64,000 nt of DNA from positions 101,432,001 to 101,496,000 of the forward strand of contig OX597823.1 of assembly GCA_951406725.2 (NCBI GenBank), given 5' to 3'. The stretch comes from Octopus vulgaris (Eukaryota). The notes under the pieces were generated by a model. The model saw nothing but the letters and a program-made list of their open reading frames with translations, did not search any database and was not told the DNA's origin. Below are positions 1 through 11,214 of the stretch, one piece after another (the stretch's first letter is position 1; each line of letters opens with the position of its first letter). Made by a program: the position numbers and the translations under genes.

Positions 1-294
1 AACGACACATATGTAAATGAGGCATATTTAGATGAAGTTTAATCCTCTGTCTCTGTGTGTCTCCCTTTCCTTTTCATCCTCCTCCTTCTCGCTGCTGTTA
101 AATATAGCTACTTTAAGAGTGAGAACCAATATGTGATTTAATTTTTTATATATTCTAAAGACTCTGGTACATAGCAAGACAATCCATAAATTTCTTGTTG
201 AGTCCCAGACACTATGGAATGAAGATCTAAAAAATAGGATCCTGAAAACATACAATTATCGTAATTATTCTGGGAAAAGGGATATAGGTTTCGT

Positions 295-690
295 CGTTGT
301 TGCTCAGCTCCAGCTCAGCTCTGATCGAGTAAAACATTGGTCAAAGGCATTCCATCCGTGACCTTCCTGAATTCTTTTTATGATGGTTGGTATATTTCGG
401 CGTATATCATTGAAATGATTTTTCCATATTCAAAACTGTATAGATTGTTGTGAAGGAGGCGTCACTGCTAGTTAATGCAGGCTCAATGGCCACAGAGGCT
501 CCTATTTCATTGTTATTGTTTAGGTCCATGTCAGCTCTGAGCAAGAAAATATTTGATCAGAGAGTTTCCAGTCAGGGTCAGCCGTCTTTATATCCTTATA
601 TTGGACAGCACTGTCCAATATGCCTTTTGTTTAAAACGGCTGGCTGTGATTTAAGGAAAATTTCTATTGCACAGGTAATACTTTTGGGCC
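295..690 (-). mobile_element. Two tandem decayed copies of an old dispersed ~200-bp repeat (SINE-like, (CAA)n tail on minus strand)
   Basis: Approximate motifs GTCAGCYCTGATYGAGCAGACCTATGATCAAAGG and GATTTGGCTGCTATTTCTAGCAGG recur near 300, 520, 1750-1940, 21720-21910, 23130, 25280, 31270-31470 and 45870-46060, and reverse-complemented at 46945-47150. Boundaries are approximate. Confidence 0.55.
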
Positions 691-717
691 AAGCGTTATT
701 ATCACAACGCTTTATAA

Positions 718-935
718 CGGTGAGCTGCGAAAATCATTAGCTCGGCGGACAATATGCTTAGCAGCATTTCGGTCGTATTTACGTTCTGAGTCCAAATTCC
801 GTCGAAGTCGACTTTGCTTTTCATCCTTTCAGGATCTATAAAATAAATTCCAGTTGAGCATTGCGCTGGATGTAATCGACTATCTTCCTCCTCCTCCTCC
901 AAATTCCAAGCCTTCTGCCTGTAATAAAAAGGATT
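718..935 (+). mobile_element. Decayed tRNA-derived SINE, family S2
   Basis: Matches the S2 consensus GGCGAGCTGGCAGAA..GTTAGC...TTACGTTCTGAGTTCAAATTCCGCCGAGGTCGACTTTGCCTTTCATCC seen in better copies at 45605 and 48808. Confidence 0.7.
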
Positions 936-1002
936 AATATCACAGCACTCATTTCTTCCACTCCCGTTGATGATGATTCTATCTATCACAACAGTATCAA
1001 TG

Positions 1003-1310
1003 TGCATGGCTTTGTGTTGCGAATATTGAACTCGCAATCATAAAGTCGTGATTTCGATATCCAGACCTAGTGTCTCGTTATGTTGTTGATGTGTTATTGA
1101 CCAAAAATGAAGTGTTGTTGAACGAAACACTCCATTTCAAGTTATACCAGTCCAACTCAATTGAAAATCAGTTTTAACAAACCCCAGGGTGGAAGCAGGG
1201 TTAACCCAACGACGGACTGGCGTCTCGATTGTGAAGGAGTAATGTACTCCCCATTGCTTATTCACCATAGAAACTGGAGTAAACTCCGATCTAGTGATTC
1301 TGTAGACCTA
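1003..1310 (+). mobile_element. Old tRNA-derived SINE related to family S3
   Basis: Degenerate A/B-box head followed by CACTCCATTTCAAGTTATACCAGTCCAACTCA, similar to the central domain of the 47560-47850 SINE. Confidence 0.45.
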
Positions 1311-1506
1311 AAACCACAACAATGTGAGATTCTTCTAATAGCAGAAACAGTTGTAAGTTAATAATGGTGATTATATAGCTCTAGTTCTTTGTTATTCATT
1401 GAATGATACTACGCTCTCTACTCTCCTGATGCTTTCCTCTTAACCATAAGTATACTGAGTTCTAACAACTGGCTATTAGTATCACCACGTCTAAATAAAT
1501 TCATTA

Positions 1507-1526
1507 CACACACACACATACACACA

Positions 1527-1609
<83 letters not shown>
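1507..1609. repeat. (CA)n microsatellite
   Basis: Directly visible; one of dozens of (CA)n, (TA)n, (TATC)n and (TATG)n tracts in the window. Confidence 0.98.
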
Positions 1610-1611
<2 letters not shown>

Positions 1612-2165
1612 AATGTTTAACTCAATGTCTCGTACTTGAGGTGAGATTTGAAAAATGACAACGAAAAAAGATTGAAAGAAATTATGTAATTTACATATTT
1701 CTAAACACCGGAACACTTATCATCGACATTGTTATTAGATGGTGTTGTTGCTTAGCAAAAGATCATCTCTGACAAACCGATCTATGATCAAAAGTAATCT
1801 AGTCATAGCGATTCTAACTTTTCTATAAACTATTTCGTGTTTCGGACTTCAGTACCCGTTGATTTTTGCTTATTTACTTTTCAGGACGATATAGTGTGAA
1901 TTTAAAGGAGATTCAGCTGCTATTTTAAACATTTTGATCCAACTTTTTAACTCACTTCTGTTGTTATTGTCGCTGCTGCCCATGCTGAGTTCTGATTGAG
2001 AATATCTATGAGCAAAGCTGTTTAAGCTGTAACGAGCCCCATTTCCTTTTGGAGAGTATATACATATAATTTAGGCGGCAAACTTAATCTGCTACAATCT
2101 TTGGTCCGCGGGTGCCTTTCTTTTTACCGTTCAACCAGAAGCGAAAGGCAGCACATCTGGACCAT

Positions 2166-2185
2166 TCTTTCTTTCTTTCTTTCGT

Positions 2186-2256
<71 letters not shown>

Positions 2257-2285
2257 CCCTTTCTCCCTTCCTTCCTTTCTTTCTT
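2166..2285. repeat. (TTTC)n microsatellite
   Basis: Directly visible. Confidence 0.97.
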
Positions 2286-2419
2286 TTTATTAGTACTGTT
2301 AACACTGAGGGAAACCATAGAGGAAGTTGTCATTCTCAAACAGGAAACTGGCCCCCGAATGATTGCCATAGAGTGACGTCCACTAAAATCACCTAAAACC
2401 TTGTGTTAGTGTTAAGCCG

Positions 2420-2469
<50 letters not shown>

Positions 2470-2770
2470 GTGTGCGTGTGTGTGTGTGTGTGTATGTGTG
2501 TGGTCGAACTAAGGCGCAATATATACATGAGAATAAAATAAGGTTTTGAAGTTCCTTATGTCCTCAAGGGTATTCAAGATCCAGGAAGAGTAAGTTGGTT
2601 TCGATCTTGAAGGGAGATGCGCCACTCGGTCCGGTCTCAGCTGCTGCTTGGGTTTGGCCGTTTCTATCGTTGTTGTTTTTGTCATCGATGTGGTCGTTGT
2701 CGTTTTGTTTTAGCTGATATCATGGCCATGACGATAATCAATACCACCACCACCACCACCACACCACAAC

Positions 2771-2804
<34 letters not shown>

Positions 2805-3464
2805 TCCACTCTATATCAATCGCTGCCATTATACGGGGAATTATCTAATTATCGTCAATAAAATGACTTAGTAAGACCAATAATATAGGATTCTACTTCA
2901 CCAAAGAAGGTATTTAGTCATTCGAAGGAATACTTTAAGTAGGAAGTTGAGAAAAAAGGTAATCTCCATTTTTGGTCTATTATATCGATCTGGCAGGATA
3001 AAACGAAGAACAACTTACGAGATCAACAACAACAACGACACGTCATGATGCAACTTGAAGATGGTACTGAATAGAAGTGTTGCAGAGAGCAAAGTAATGA
3101 GCATAACTAGTTAGAACGAAAACTGATATAAACAAAAAAGGAATTGAAGCAGCGGGGAGATGGCATTCAACGGACTTGATGGATTAAGATATTTGAGACA
3201 GAAGATGTGGGATCAAAGAGATAAGTAAAATGATGGATTGCAAAGGAAATGAAGTGGCTTTAGTAAAAGTTGGCTCTGTTTGGAGAAGATAAGAAACATT
3301 ATAAACACAAAGGAACAATAATTGAATGCGTAATCTAAGAGAAAAAATATAAAATGGCGGATTGCAATCTTTAATCTTTTACTTGTTCCAGTCATTAGGT
3401 TGCGGTCGTACTGTGGCGCCGCCTTGTAGGGTTTTAGTCGAATAAATATCCCCTACTACATATG

Positions 3465-3770
3465 TTTATTCTTTATTCTTTTACTTGTTTCAGTCCTTTA
3501 ACTGCGGCCAAGCTGGAGCACCGCATTTTAGTCGAAGAAATCGACCCACAGGACTTATTTTTTGTAAGCCGGGTACTTATTCAATTGGACACTTTTACCG
3601 TACCGCTAAGTAACCGGGACGTAAACACAGCAACATCGGTTGTCAAGCAATGGAGGGGGGGGGGAAACACAGACACAACGATATACACACGTACAGACAC
3701 ACACACACACGACGGGCTTCTTTCGGTTTCAGTCTACCAAATCCACTCGCAAGGCTTTGGTCGGCCCGAG
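3465..3770 (-). mobile_element. 5'-truncated SINE, family S1
   Basis: Reverse complement of the S1 body and tail (TTTACTTGTTTCAGTC...GGAGCACCGC...CTACCAAATCCACTCGCAAGGCTTTGGTCGGCCCGAG). Confidence 0.85.
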
Positions 3771-4178
3771 GATAAGACCGTTATTTAAAATATCGATCAT
3801 ATCAAGTAGCCAGCATGGGAATAAGACCCTTATAGGTAATAATTATCAGTAAAATTATAATTAAAGGTATCTAATAGATACCCCCATGCTAAAGATAGCA
3901 GTCAAAACTTCACTCGTATGTTGTATATACATATTTTTTTGTAATTATGTACTATCTGTGTATATCCCACTGATGAGGCAGAGTATATTTAGATCTGGGA
4001 TTATCCAGTAATTTTTTGCTACTTTATTTGTCTTTTCTCCTGGTGCTTCACGTGGTTTTAGAGTCAAGCTTTGCCTGCTGTCTCTAGCATAATTTTAATA
4101 ATAATTATTACCCATAAGGTTTTTATTCCTATGCTGGCCACTTGATATGATCAGTATTTTAAATAACGATCTTATCCT
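3769..4178. repeat. Imperfect inverted repeat built from a dispersed repeat family also present at 5078-5295
   Basis: AGGATAAGACCGTTATTTAAAATA...GGTAATAATTAT (left) mirrors ATAATTATTACC...TATTTTAAATAACGATCTTATCCT (right). The interior 3940-4090 is homologous to 5078-5260. Confidence 0.8.
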
Positions 4179-4335
4179 TATTTATATAAATTCATATATT
4201 TACTTCGTCATTATATTCACTGCGGTGGTATTTTGACCGTATAGCACGTGGAGTTTAGATAGGCAATTAAACCGGTCGCGTGCATACATACATATATATG
4301 TGTGTATACGTGCGTATATGTAAGTATTTGTATGT

Positions 4336-4389
<54 letters not shown>

Positions 4390-4550
4390 CGTATTTTTGC
4401 CATTTCAATATGGCTAACCCCTAAGGGTGGATGCTACTGTAGTTTTTAGCCCCAGGAGGACACACTCCTCCAGCTGGCCATAGACACACTTTCTGTGTCC
4501 TGTCAGTATTTGCAAAGGGAAGTCATCCTTCCCGTCTTCAACTTATGATA

Positions 4551-4595
4551 CACACGGACTCGAGTTTCGAGGTATTGACCTCTCGTCAGCGTGTG
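4551..4595 (-). ncRNA. Minimal type I hammerhead ribozyme with intact core
   Basis: Minus strand reads CACACG-CUGACGA-GAGGU(CAAU)ACCUC-GAAA-CUCGAG-UC-CGUGUG. Helix I is 6 bp, stem II is 5 bp, stem III is the palindrome ACUCGAGU, and the cleavage triplet is GUC. Confidence 0.92.
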
Positions 4596-4903
4596 ACAAT
4601 CATAGTTGTCGCCGAGAATTAGATTTCCTTCACAAATACTTATACTTTTTCCAGCGCCCACTGTCGCTGATATTGAAAAAGTGAAATCAAACAATGATAA
4701 ATATCAAAGTGAGTTATATACAGTAGCGGTAACACATCGTGACGTATTTTTGCCATTTCAATATGGCTAACCCCTACGGGTGGATGCTACTGTAGTTTTT
4801 AGCCCCAGGAGGACACACTCCTCCAGCTGGCCATAGACACACTTTCTGTGTCCTGTCAGTATTTGCAAAGGGAAGTCATCCTTCCCGTCTTCAACTTATG
4901 ATA

Positions 4904-4948
4904 CACACGGACTCGAGTTTCGAGGTATTGACCTCTCGTCAACGTGTG
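4904..4948 (-). ncRNA. Minimal type I hammerhead ribozyme, second copy with C3U core change
   Basis: Identical to 4551-4595 except plus-strand G>A at 4942, giving UUGACGA. Confidence 0.85.
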
Positions 4949-5303
4949 ACAATCATAGTTGTCGCCGAGAATTAGATTTCCTTCACAAATACTTATACTT
5001 TTTCCAGCGCCCACTGTCGCTGATATTGAAAAAGTGAAATCAAACAATGATAAATATCAAAGTGAGTTATATACATATGTAATTATGTACTATCTATGTA
5101 TATCCCACTGATGAGGCAGAATCTATTTTTATGCAAAGCCAGAAGTCTAGAATTGGGTTTATCCAATAAGTTTTTGCTAGTTTATTTGTCTATTTGTCTA
5201 TTCTCCTGGCGCTGTATGAATACTTGATGTGTTCAAGTTTTGAGTACGATCTCTAGCATAGTGGTATCTTTTAGATATCCTTGATTATAATTTTATGTAT
5301 GTT

Positions 5304-5344
<41 letters not shown>

Positions 5345-6548
5345 TAAATTCAACTTACGTTGAAAGTCAACTAACAAAGATTGCTTTAGAAGCGTTGAGA
5401 TATTTCCTTATCTGTATAATACACACGCACACTTACACATACACACACGCACACAGACACACACACACACGTACACACACACAGACACATATATATACGT
5501 ATACATACATATATAAATTTATACGCACGCACGTGTATATGTGTGTATACCGTTTAAAGCCCGTTTACTGTATCTGGTTACCTGATGTCATCAATAGTAT
5601 TGATATAAACGCCACTGGGTTTATTTCAGGAATTCCTTCGTGTCCGTAGCGTTTATAACATATGAAAGAAAAAGTTGCTATGGGTCAGTTTCGATGCCCG
5701 ATCATGTTCTTGAAGAAAGGTCAACCAAAATTTAACATTAGAATAATAAATTCACAGACAACCTACAAACATCTGCAAGAAGTTCACAAGCCAATGAGTA
5801 AATCGCAAAACGGAATTCGACCCGCTAAATATAACAACCAAATCCCCTTCAAATCTCACCTTACCTTTTTGAAAATAAGGGAACGATATTTGATAATTTA
5901 GTCCTAAAAAGCAACGGTGTGGATTTGCTAATTTTTTTCTAGCCGCTTGAAGTATTCCAATTTTTCACCAGATTGTTTTAAAAAAATGTAGTTTGTGGCA
6001 GTTTTGCCCGCTGATAGTGAAAATCGCATTCGTTGTTTTTAATTCTGGAAATTAATAATAGGTAATTTACAATTTTTGTCAACAACAAACAGATTATTTG
6101 AAAATAATCTGGGGAAAATTTGAAAAACTTCAAGTGGTTGGAAAAATTTAACAACAACTTACGGTGTTTCTGGGAAAATTCAAAAGTAGCTCTCTTCAAT
6201 CAGGGTCGTCCTGGAACAAAACAACATCAGCAACAAGAGGTTAATGGGATGAGGTTGGCTTTTCTATTGTGTTTTTTCTTCAAAATAATTGCTAATTCTG
6301 TGCTGCTTCCGTTCTTGATTCATACACTCAAAAGTACACGCATATATATATGTCCTGGTTTTGTTCTGTTTTTTATTTTTACCGTTATTGTTTTTACGTT
6401 TTTGTATTCTTATTGGTGTCACGTATTCTGTATTTTTGTTCGTGTACTTCGTTCGTTTTCCGTCCTCGTGTTGTATACATTCGAAGCTTTCTTCCATGGG
6501 ATCTAATGCGCTTGGCTTAGATTTCCCATGGCGGGCTGCCCATATCGG

Positions 6549-6610
6549 AGCAATCTCAAGATTAATCAGCCGAAATTGCTAAGATGATCTGGTTCTTGAC
6601 TGATGACTGA
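6549..6610 (+). ncRNA. Candidate non-circularly permuted hammerhead-like RNA within a T-rich repeat (about 6280-6710)
   Basis: AGCAA-UC-UCAAGA-uuaa-UCAGCC-GAAA-UUGCU-(13 nt)-UCUUGA-CUGAUGA-CUGA. Stems III and I pair perfectly; stem II is imperfect. Confidence 0.55.
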
Positions 6611-7371
6611 GGGCTTCGAATGTCCCGTCCTGTGGTTCTTGTGTCGTCTCTGTGGTGTTTCATGTTCTTGTCCATGTCTGTAATTATTTTTACTTTTTAC
6701 TGTTTACCTATATATATATATATATATACATATTCATAGTGACCATATTCATAGTGACCTAATATACATATCCATAAGCTTTTTGCCGTGAACAATAGAA
6801 AACACTGGCAGCAGTAAAGTAAACTTTAACTGGCGACGGTAATGAGGATGTTGTGGCAGTGACTCTGATGAGATGATGATGATGATGATGATGATAATGA
6901 TCATCATCATCATCATCATCATCATCGTCATCATGGAGGCGATGGTAGTAGTGCTGTAGTTGTAATGATAATGATAGTAGGGCTGTCGTATTGAGGATGA
7001 TGTGGAGGAGGAAAAAGAAGTGGAGCAGGAGGATAAAAATTTAGCAGTTGTCCTGTGATGATGATGATGATGACTGTGATGATGAATAGGTGAAGGAGGA
7101 TGAGATCATTGGTAGAGGTTCTGTGATGATTGAGTTGATTGACATGATAATGAGACTATCCGCCCCACTGCATCTCTTTATCTATTTTTCTATTTCTTAC
7201 ACCAATTTTGTTTTTATATATCTTTCTTTTCTTCTTTTTTTTTATTCTCCCCCTCCCCTTTCCTTTTCACTCATTCTGAAGACGCTAGACCCTTTCTTTG
7301 CTTTCCTGCCGCTGTAGTCGTTATAATTATCAAGTCAATTGCATCTTTACTCAACCCACCCCCATGTAGTA

Positions 7372-7423
<52 letters not shown>

Positions 7424-7791
7424 GTGTGTATATGTTTGTTTGTGTCTGTGTCTGTGTAAGAAAAATATAAATAAACAGATAAATAAATTTTAAAAACGGT
7501 TAAAATGCACCCATCCACACATATCGTTACCCGCCGCCCACACATAAACACACACACGTTCGCGCGCTTACAGAGTTGAACGATAAGTCCAAGACGCGAC
7601 CCGGTATAACACAAACGCTCTTGGATCTTCAATAAACGACTTTGATGGCGGTTCACTCTGTTCCTAGCATTCGAACTAGACCCGCCCCTCTAAAGTTCCC
7701 ATGTCCAGCATGTTTTTTTATTTACTTTTTTTCTGCAGATGTTCAAGGCTGGGACTATCATTTCATCAATACCCCTCCCCAGACAAAAAGG

Positions 7792-7835
<44 letters not shown>

Positions 7836-7886
7836 AAGATATAATTATGCATATAAATATATACATATACATATACATATATATAC

Positions 7887-7929
<43 letters not shown>

Positions 7930-7949
7930 GATATGTATGTATGCATATG

Positions 7950-8008
<59 letters not shown>

Positions 8009-8064
8009 ACATACATATTCATATATACACGTATATATGTGTATATATGTATGTATATTGGCTT

Positions 8065-8242
8065 AAAATTTTGACAGAAGGCCAACAATTTCCGGGGAGG
8101 GAGTAAGTCGATTAAATCGGCCCCTGTACTCAACTGGTACTTATTTTATCGACCTCGAAAGGATGAAGGGCAAAGTCGGACAGTCGCAATGCTGCTAAGC
8201 TCTTTGTCCGGCGTGCTAACGATTGCACCAGCTCTCCGCCTT
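8065..8242 (-). mobile_element. SINE family S2, decayed and internally deleted
   Basis: Reverse complement of the S2 head (GGCGTGCTAACGATTGCACCAGCTCTCCGCC) and tail. Confidence 0.75.
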
Positions 8243-8879
8243 TCTATATATGTATTTATCAATCGTCTGTTGATAAATAAACAGCTTTTCTAAATTTCTT
8301 CTCCAGTTTCAATAGCCCCTGTTAACACTCTTGAATTACCTAAAGTTCAGTGGGCAGAAAGAAACAACCCGTTATCTATTGAGTTCTTTAAATTTCTAAA
8401 GTTGTCCCTCCTAACATCAAATCCAGTTTTCCAAAACACATGCACTCATGAAACGTCCGCCATAATTACTATTATCCTCTTTGTCTATTGTATAAGCATT
8501 GACCGTCTGCTTGACTACGTCTCATGAGATTCCGCTACACCCCCAGTGCATGCACATACACACAGACAAACACGCTTTCGGTTGGCTGACTGCTTTCTTT
8601 TCATTTTTTTTCTTCTTATTTCTAATTCATAAGCCATAAGACCATATTCTTTACTCTTTCAACTTGTTTACTCATAAGAAAGTTAAAATATAATTTAGAT
8701 ATATACTCACAAATACAGACATGTAGATATACATAGGCGCGTAGGCATGTATATAAAGGTGTGTATGTATATGTTTGTATGTGTATAGGTATACACACAT
8801 ATACATTCTTGAAAATAACACTGACATCTCATTTTGACAGATATATTTACCAAAATTACATAAAAATATCTTGAAATAA

Positions 8880-9480
8880 TAAAGAGTAAATTTATTTAAT
8901 AAAATCGCATTTAGCTTCAACCACGACTTCGGGATCTCCTGCAACTCTTCTGGGCGGTCTCCTTGTTTAATTTGGTGAATACTGCCATAATCCTTGCCTT
9001 CAGTTCACCTTTGATGCTACAAGGAATTTTGTTTGTCTCTCGCTCAGTTGCGCCCCACTTAATAATCAAGTGGGTTGCAGTCTTGGAAGTTATGTGGCCT
9101 GATGTTAGGGTTGATGTGGTCGCAGAAATTGTTTGACAGCCATGACTGGGTTCTCCTGCTTGTGTGGCATGGTGCAGAGTCCTATTGCCAGAGGGTCTTC
9201 CAGCAGCCACCCTCTTGAACAAGGGCAGCACTACCTCATCTAGGCACCTGATGTAGGCCTCCATGTTAAGTTTGAGGCTGTGTGGGAAGATGGATGGAGG
9301 CATAACGTCGTCGTCACTAGTGATCACACCATGCTGTTGACTGGATGTTTCAGTTTTATCGCTCTCGGTACATGCACTGTCCTCAGATTAACACCTAAAC
9401 ACTCCAAATTGTTCGTACTGGAGTTTCTGGCGCGAATGCCAAGCAGTACAGCATGTCGTTTCCAAGTTTCTGGCAGAGTG
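8880..9480 (-). mobile_element. maT-type (DD37D) Tc1/mariner transposase relic
   Basis: ORF 8917-9327 reads ...VMPPSIFPHSLKLNMEAYIRCLDEVVLP..VAAGRP. A second frame gives WQ*DSAPCH...QDCNPLDY, with 37 residues between the 2nd and 3rd catalytic Asp. Stops and frameshifts are present. Confidence 0.85.
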
Positions 9481-9571
9481 AATTTTATATATATATATAA
9501 GCATTATATATATAAGCATTATATATGTAAGCATTATATGTACATATATGCATATATATGTATACATATAT

Positions 9572-9623
<52 letters not shown>

Positions 9624-9893
9624 GTATGTATTATATTCACACACGGTCAAACACGCATAGGCACACACACACACGTACACTCACACATATAAGTACATAA
9701 ATCCATGCATGCACACTTACATGCACACACATATCTGTTACGTATGGATGTATTGATATATGAACATGAAAAAATACTCATACAATCACATATACGTGTG
9801 TGTGCTTATATACACACACATGCACCACACACATACACGTGTTTATCCCATGCGTGTGTGTGCATGATGGAGTCCTTGTGTGCATAAATGGGG

Positions 9894-9963
<70 letters not shown>

Positions 9964-10309
9964 ATATACACCATCTGTCCTTCTCAGTCACTTAACGGCA
10001 GTGGTACAAAAGATATTGGGAGACAACAGCTGCCCCTTCTTTTGAAGTCATTCATACTAATTTTATACTTAACTATAAAGGTAATCTGAAGGTAATCTCG
10101 GCAGTCGTACTGACATGTGTACTTGGGTTATTCTTTAATAATATCACTTTTTCTTTAGTGCAATATAGAAGCAACGTATATCTATGTGTAGTGAATTCTG
10201 TTTCTTTTTTTTCTTTTTCTTATTGTCTGTGTGCCCCAGTGTATTATGTATGTTGTGTATGTGTGTGGGAATGTGATTCTTAATGTGAGAATATACTATA
10301 TATTGCTTT

Positions 10310-10725
10310 CAGATTTTAGCCCAAGGCATGCTGTTTTGGAGAAGGTGCTGAGTTGATTAAATCGACCCCAGCGCTTGTTTGGTACTGCCTGACTTTGCCT
10401 TTCTGGCAAAGTCCACCCCGGCAGACTTTGAACACAGAAATTAAAGCCGTATGAAATGCTGCTAGTCATTTCGTCTGCATGCTAACGACTCTACCAGCTC
10501 GCCATCTTACTTTGACCATATATTGGTTTCAAATTTTGGCCCAAAGCCAGCTGTTTTTGGGAAAGGGTTAAATTGATTACATTGATCCCAGTATTAAGTC
10601 GTACTTATTTTATCAACCCAAAATGATGAAAGACAAAGTCGACCCCGGCGGAATTTGAACTCACAACGTAAAGATGGACGAAATGCCGCCCGGCGAGCGA
10701 ACGATTTTGCCAGCTTACCTCCTTG
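10310..10725 (-). mobile_element. Two tandem decayed S2 SINEs
   Basis: Two successive reverse-complement S2 matches (about 10310-10505 and 10525-10722). Confidence 0.75.
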
Positions 10726-11214
10726 CTTATGATCATATATTGCAAATGGTTTTTATGTTACTTCCTTGTGAATGCAGTTATACATAAGCAAGAGTAGTTA
10801 AACAGGTTATATGCAAAGCGCAAGTGCAAAACAGGAAAATCAGAAAGACTCGAATGCAGTCGAAATATCGATTAATCTTTAATAAATTATTTGTCAGCAA
10901 AATATTTTACAAGAGTGCTCGAAAGTAATAGGAAAAATTGTCGACTCGACGAACGAACACGGCTATCATTTACGTTTAGAAGATATACTGACAGCAACCC
11001 CTCGTGCCACATTTAAGTCGAGAATGACTTACATTACACCACAACGACAAACCGAAGCAATATTTGTATCAGTAATTTTAAAGATTTCTATAATTGCATA
11101 ATCTTCTCTTCAAGTTAAGAAGTGTCTCATCCCCAAAGATCTTGCTGTGTACTGGGCCCTTTTCAAGATCTCACGGTCTCCATCTCTAAACCATGATAGT
11201 CGTGGACTCCTTAA

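Larger units (their letters stand above)
4386..5075 (-). repeat. 353-bp tandem repeat (about 1.95 units) carrying a hammerhead ribozyme; retrozyme-like or Penelope pLTR-like
   Basis: Unit 1 is 4386-4738 and unit 2 is 4739-5075. I found only two substitutions between them. The array is flanked on the left by (TA)n. Confidence 0.92.

Noticed and set aside
4503-5047. Duplicated 63-aa ORF
   Set aside because: Non-ATG start, no recognisable domain, and it overlaps the ribozyme; identity simply reflects the recent tandem duplication.
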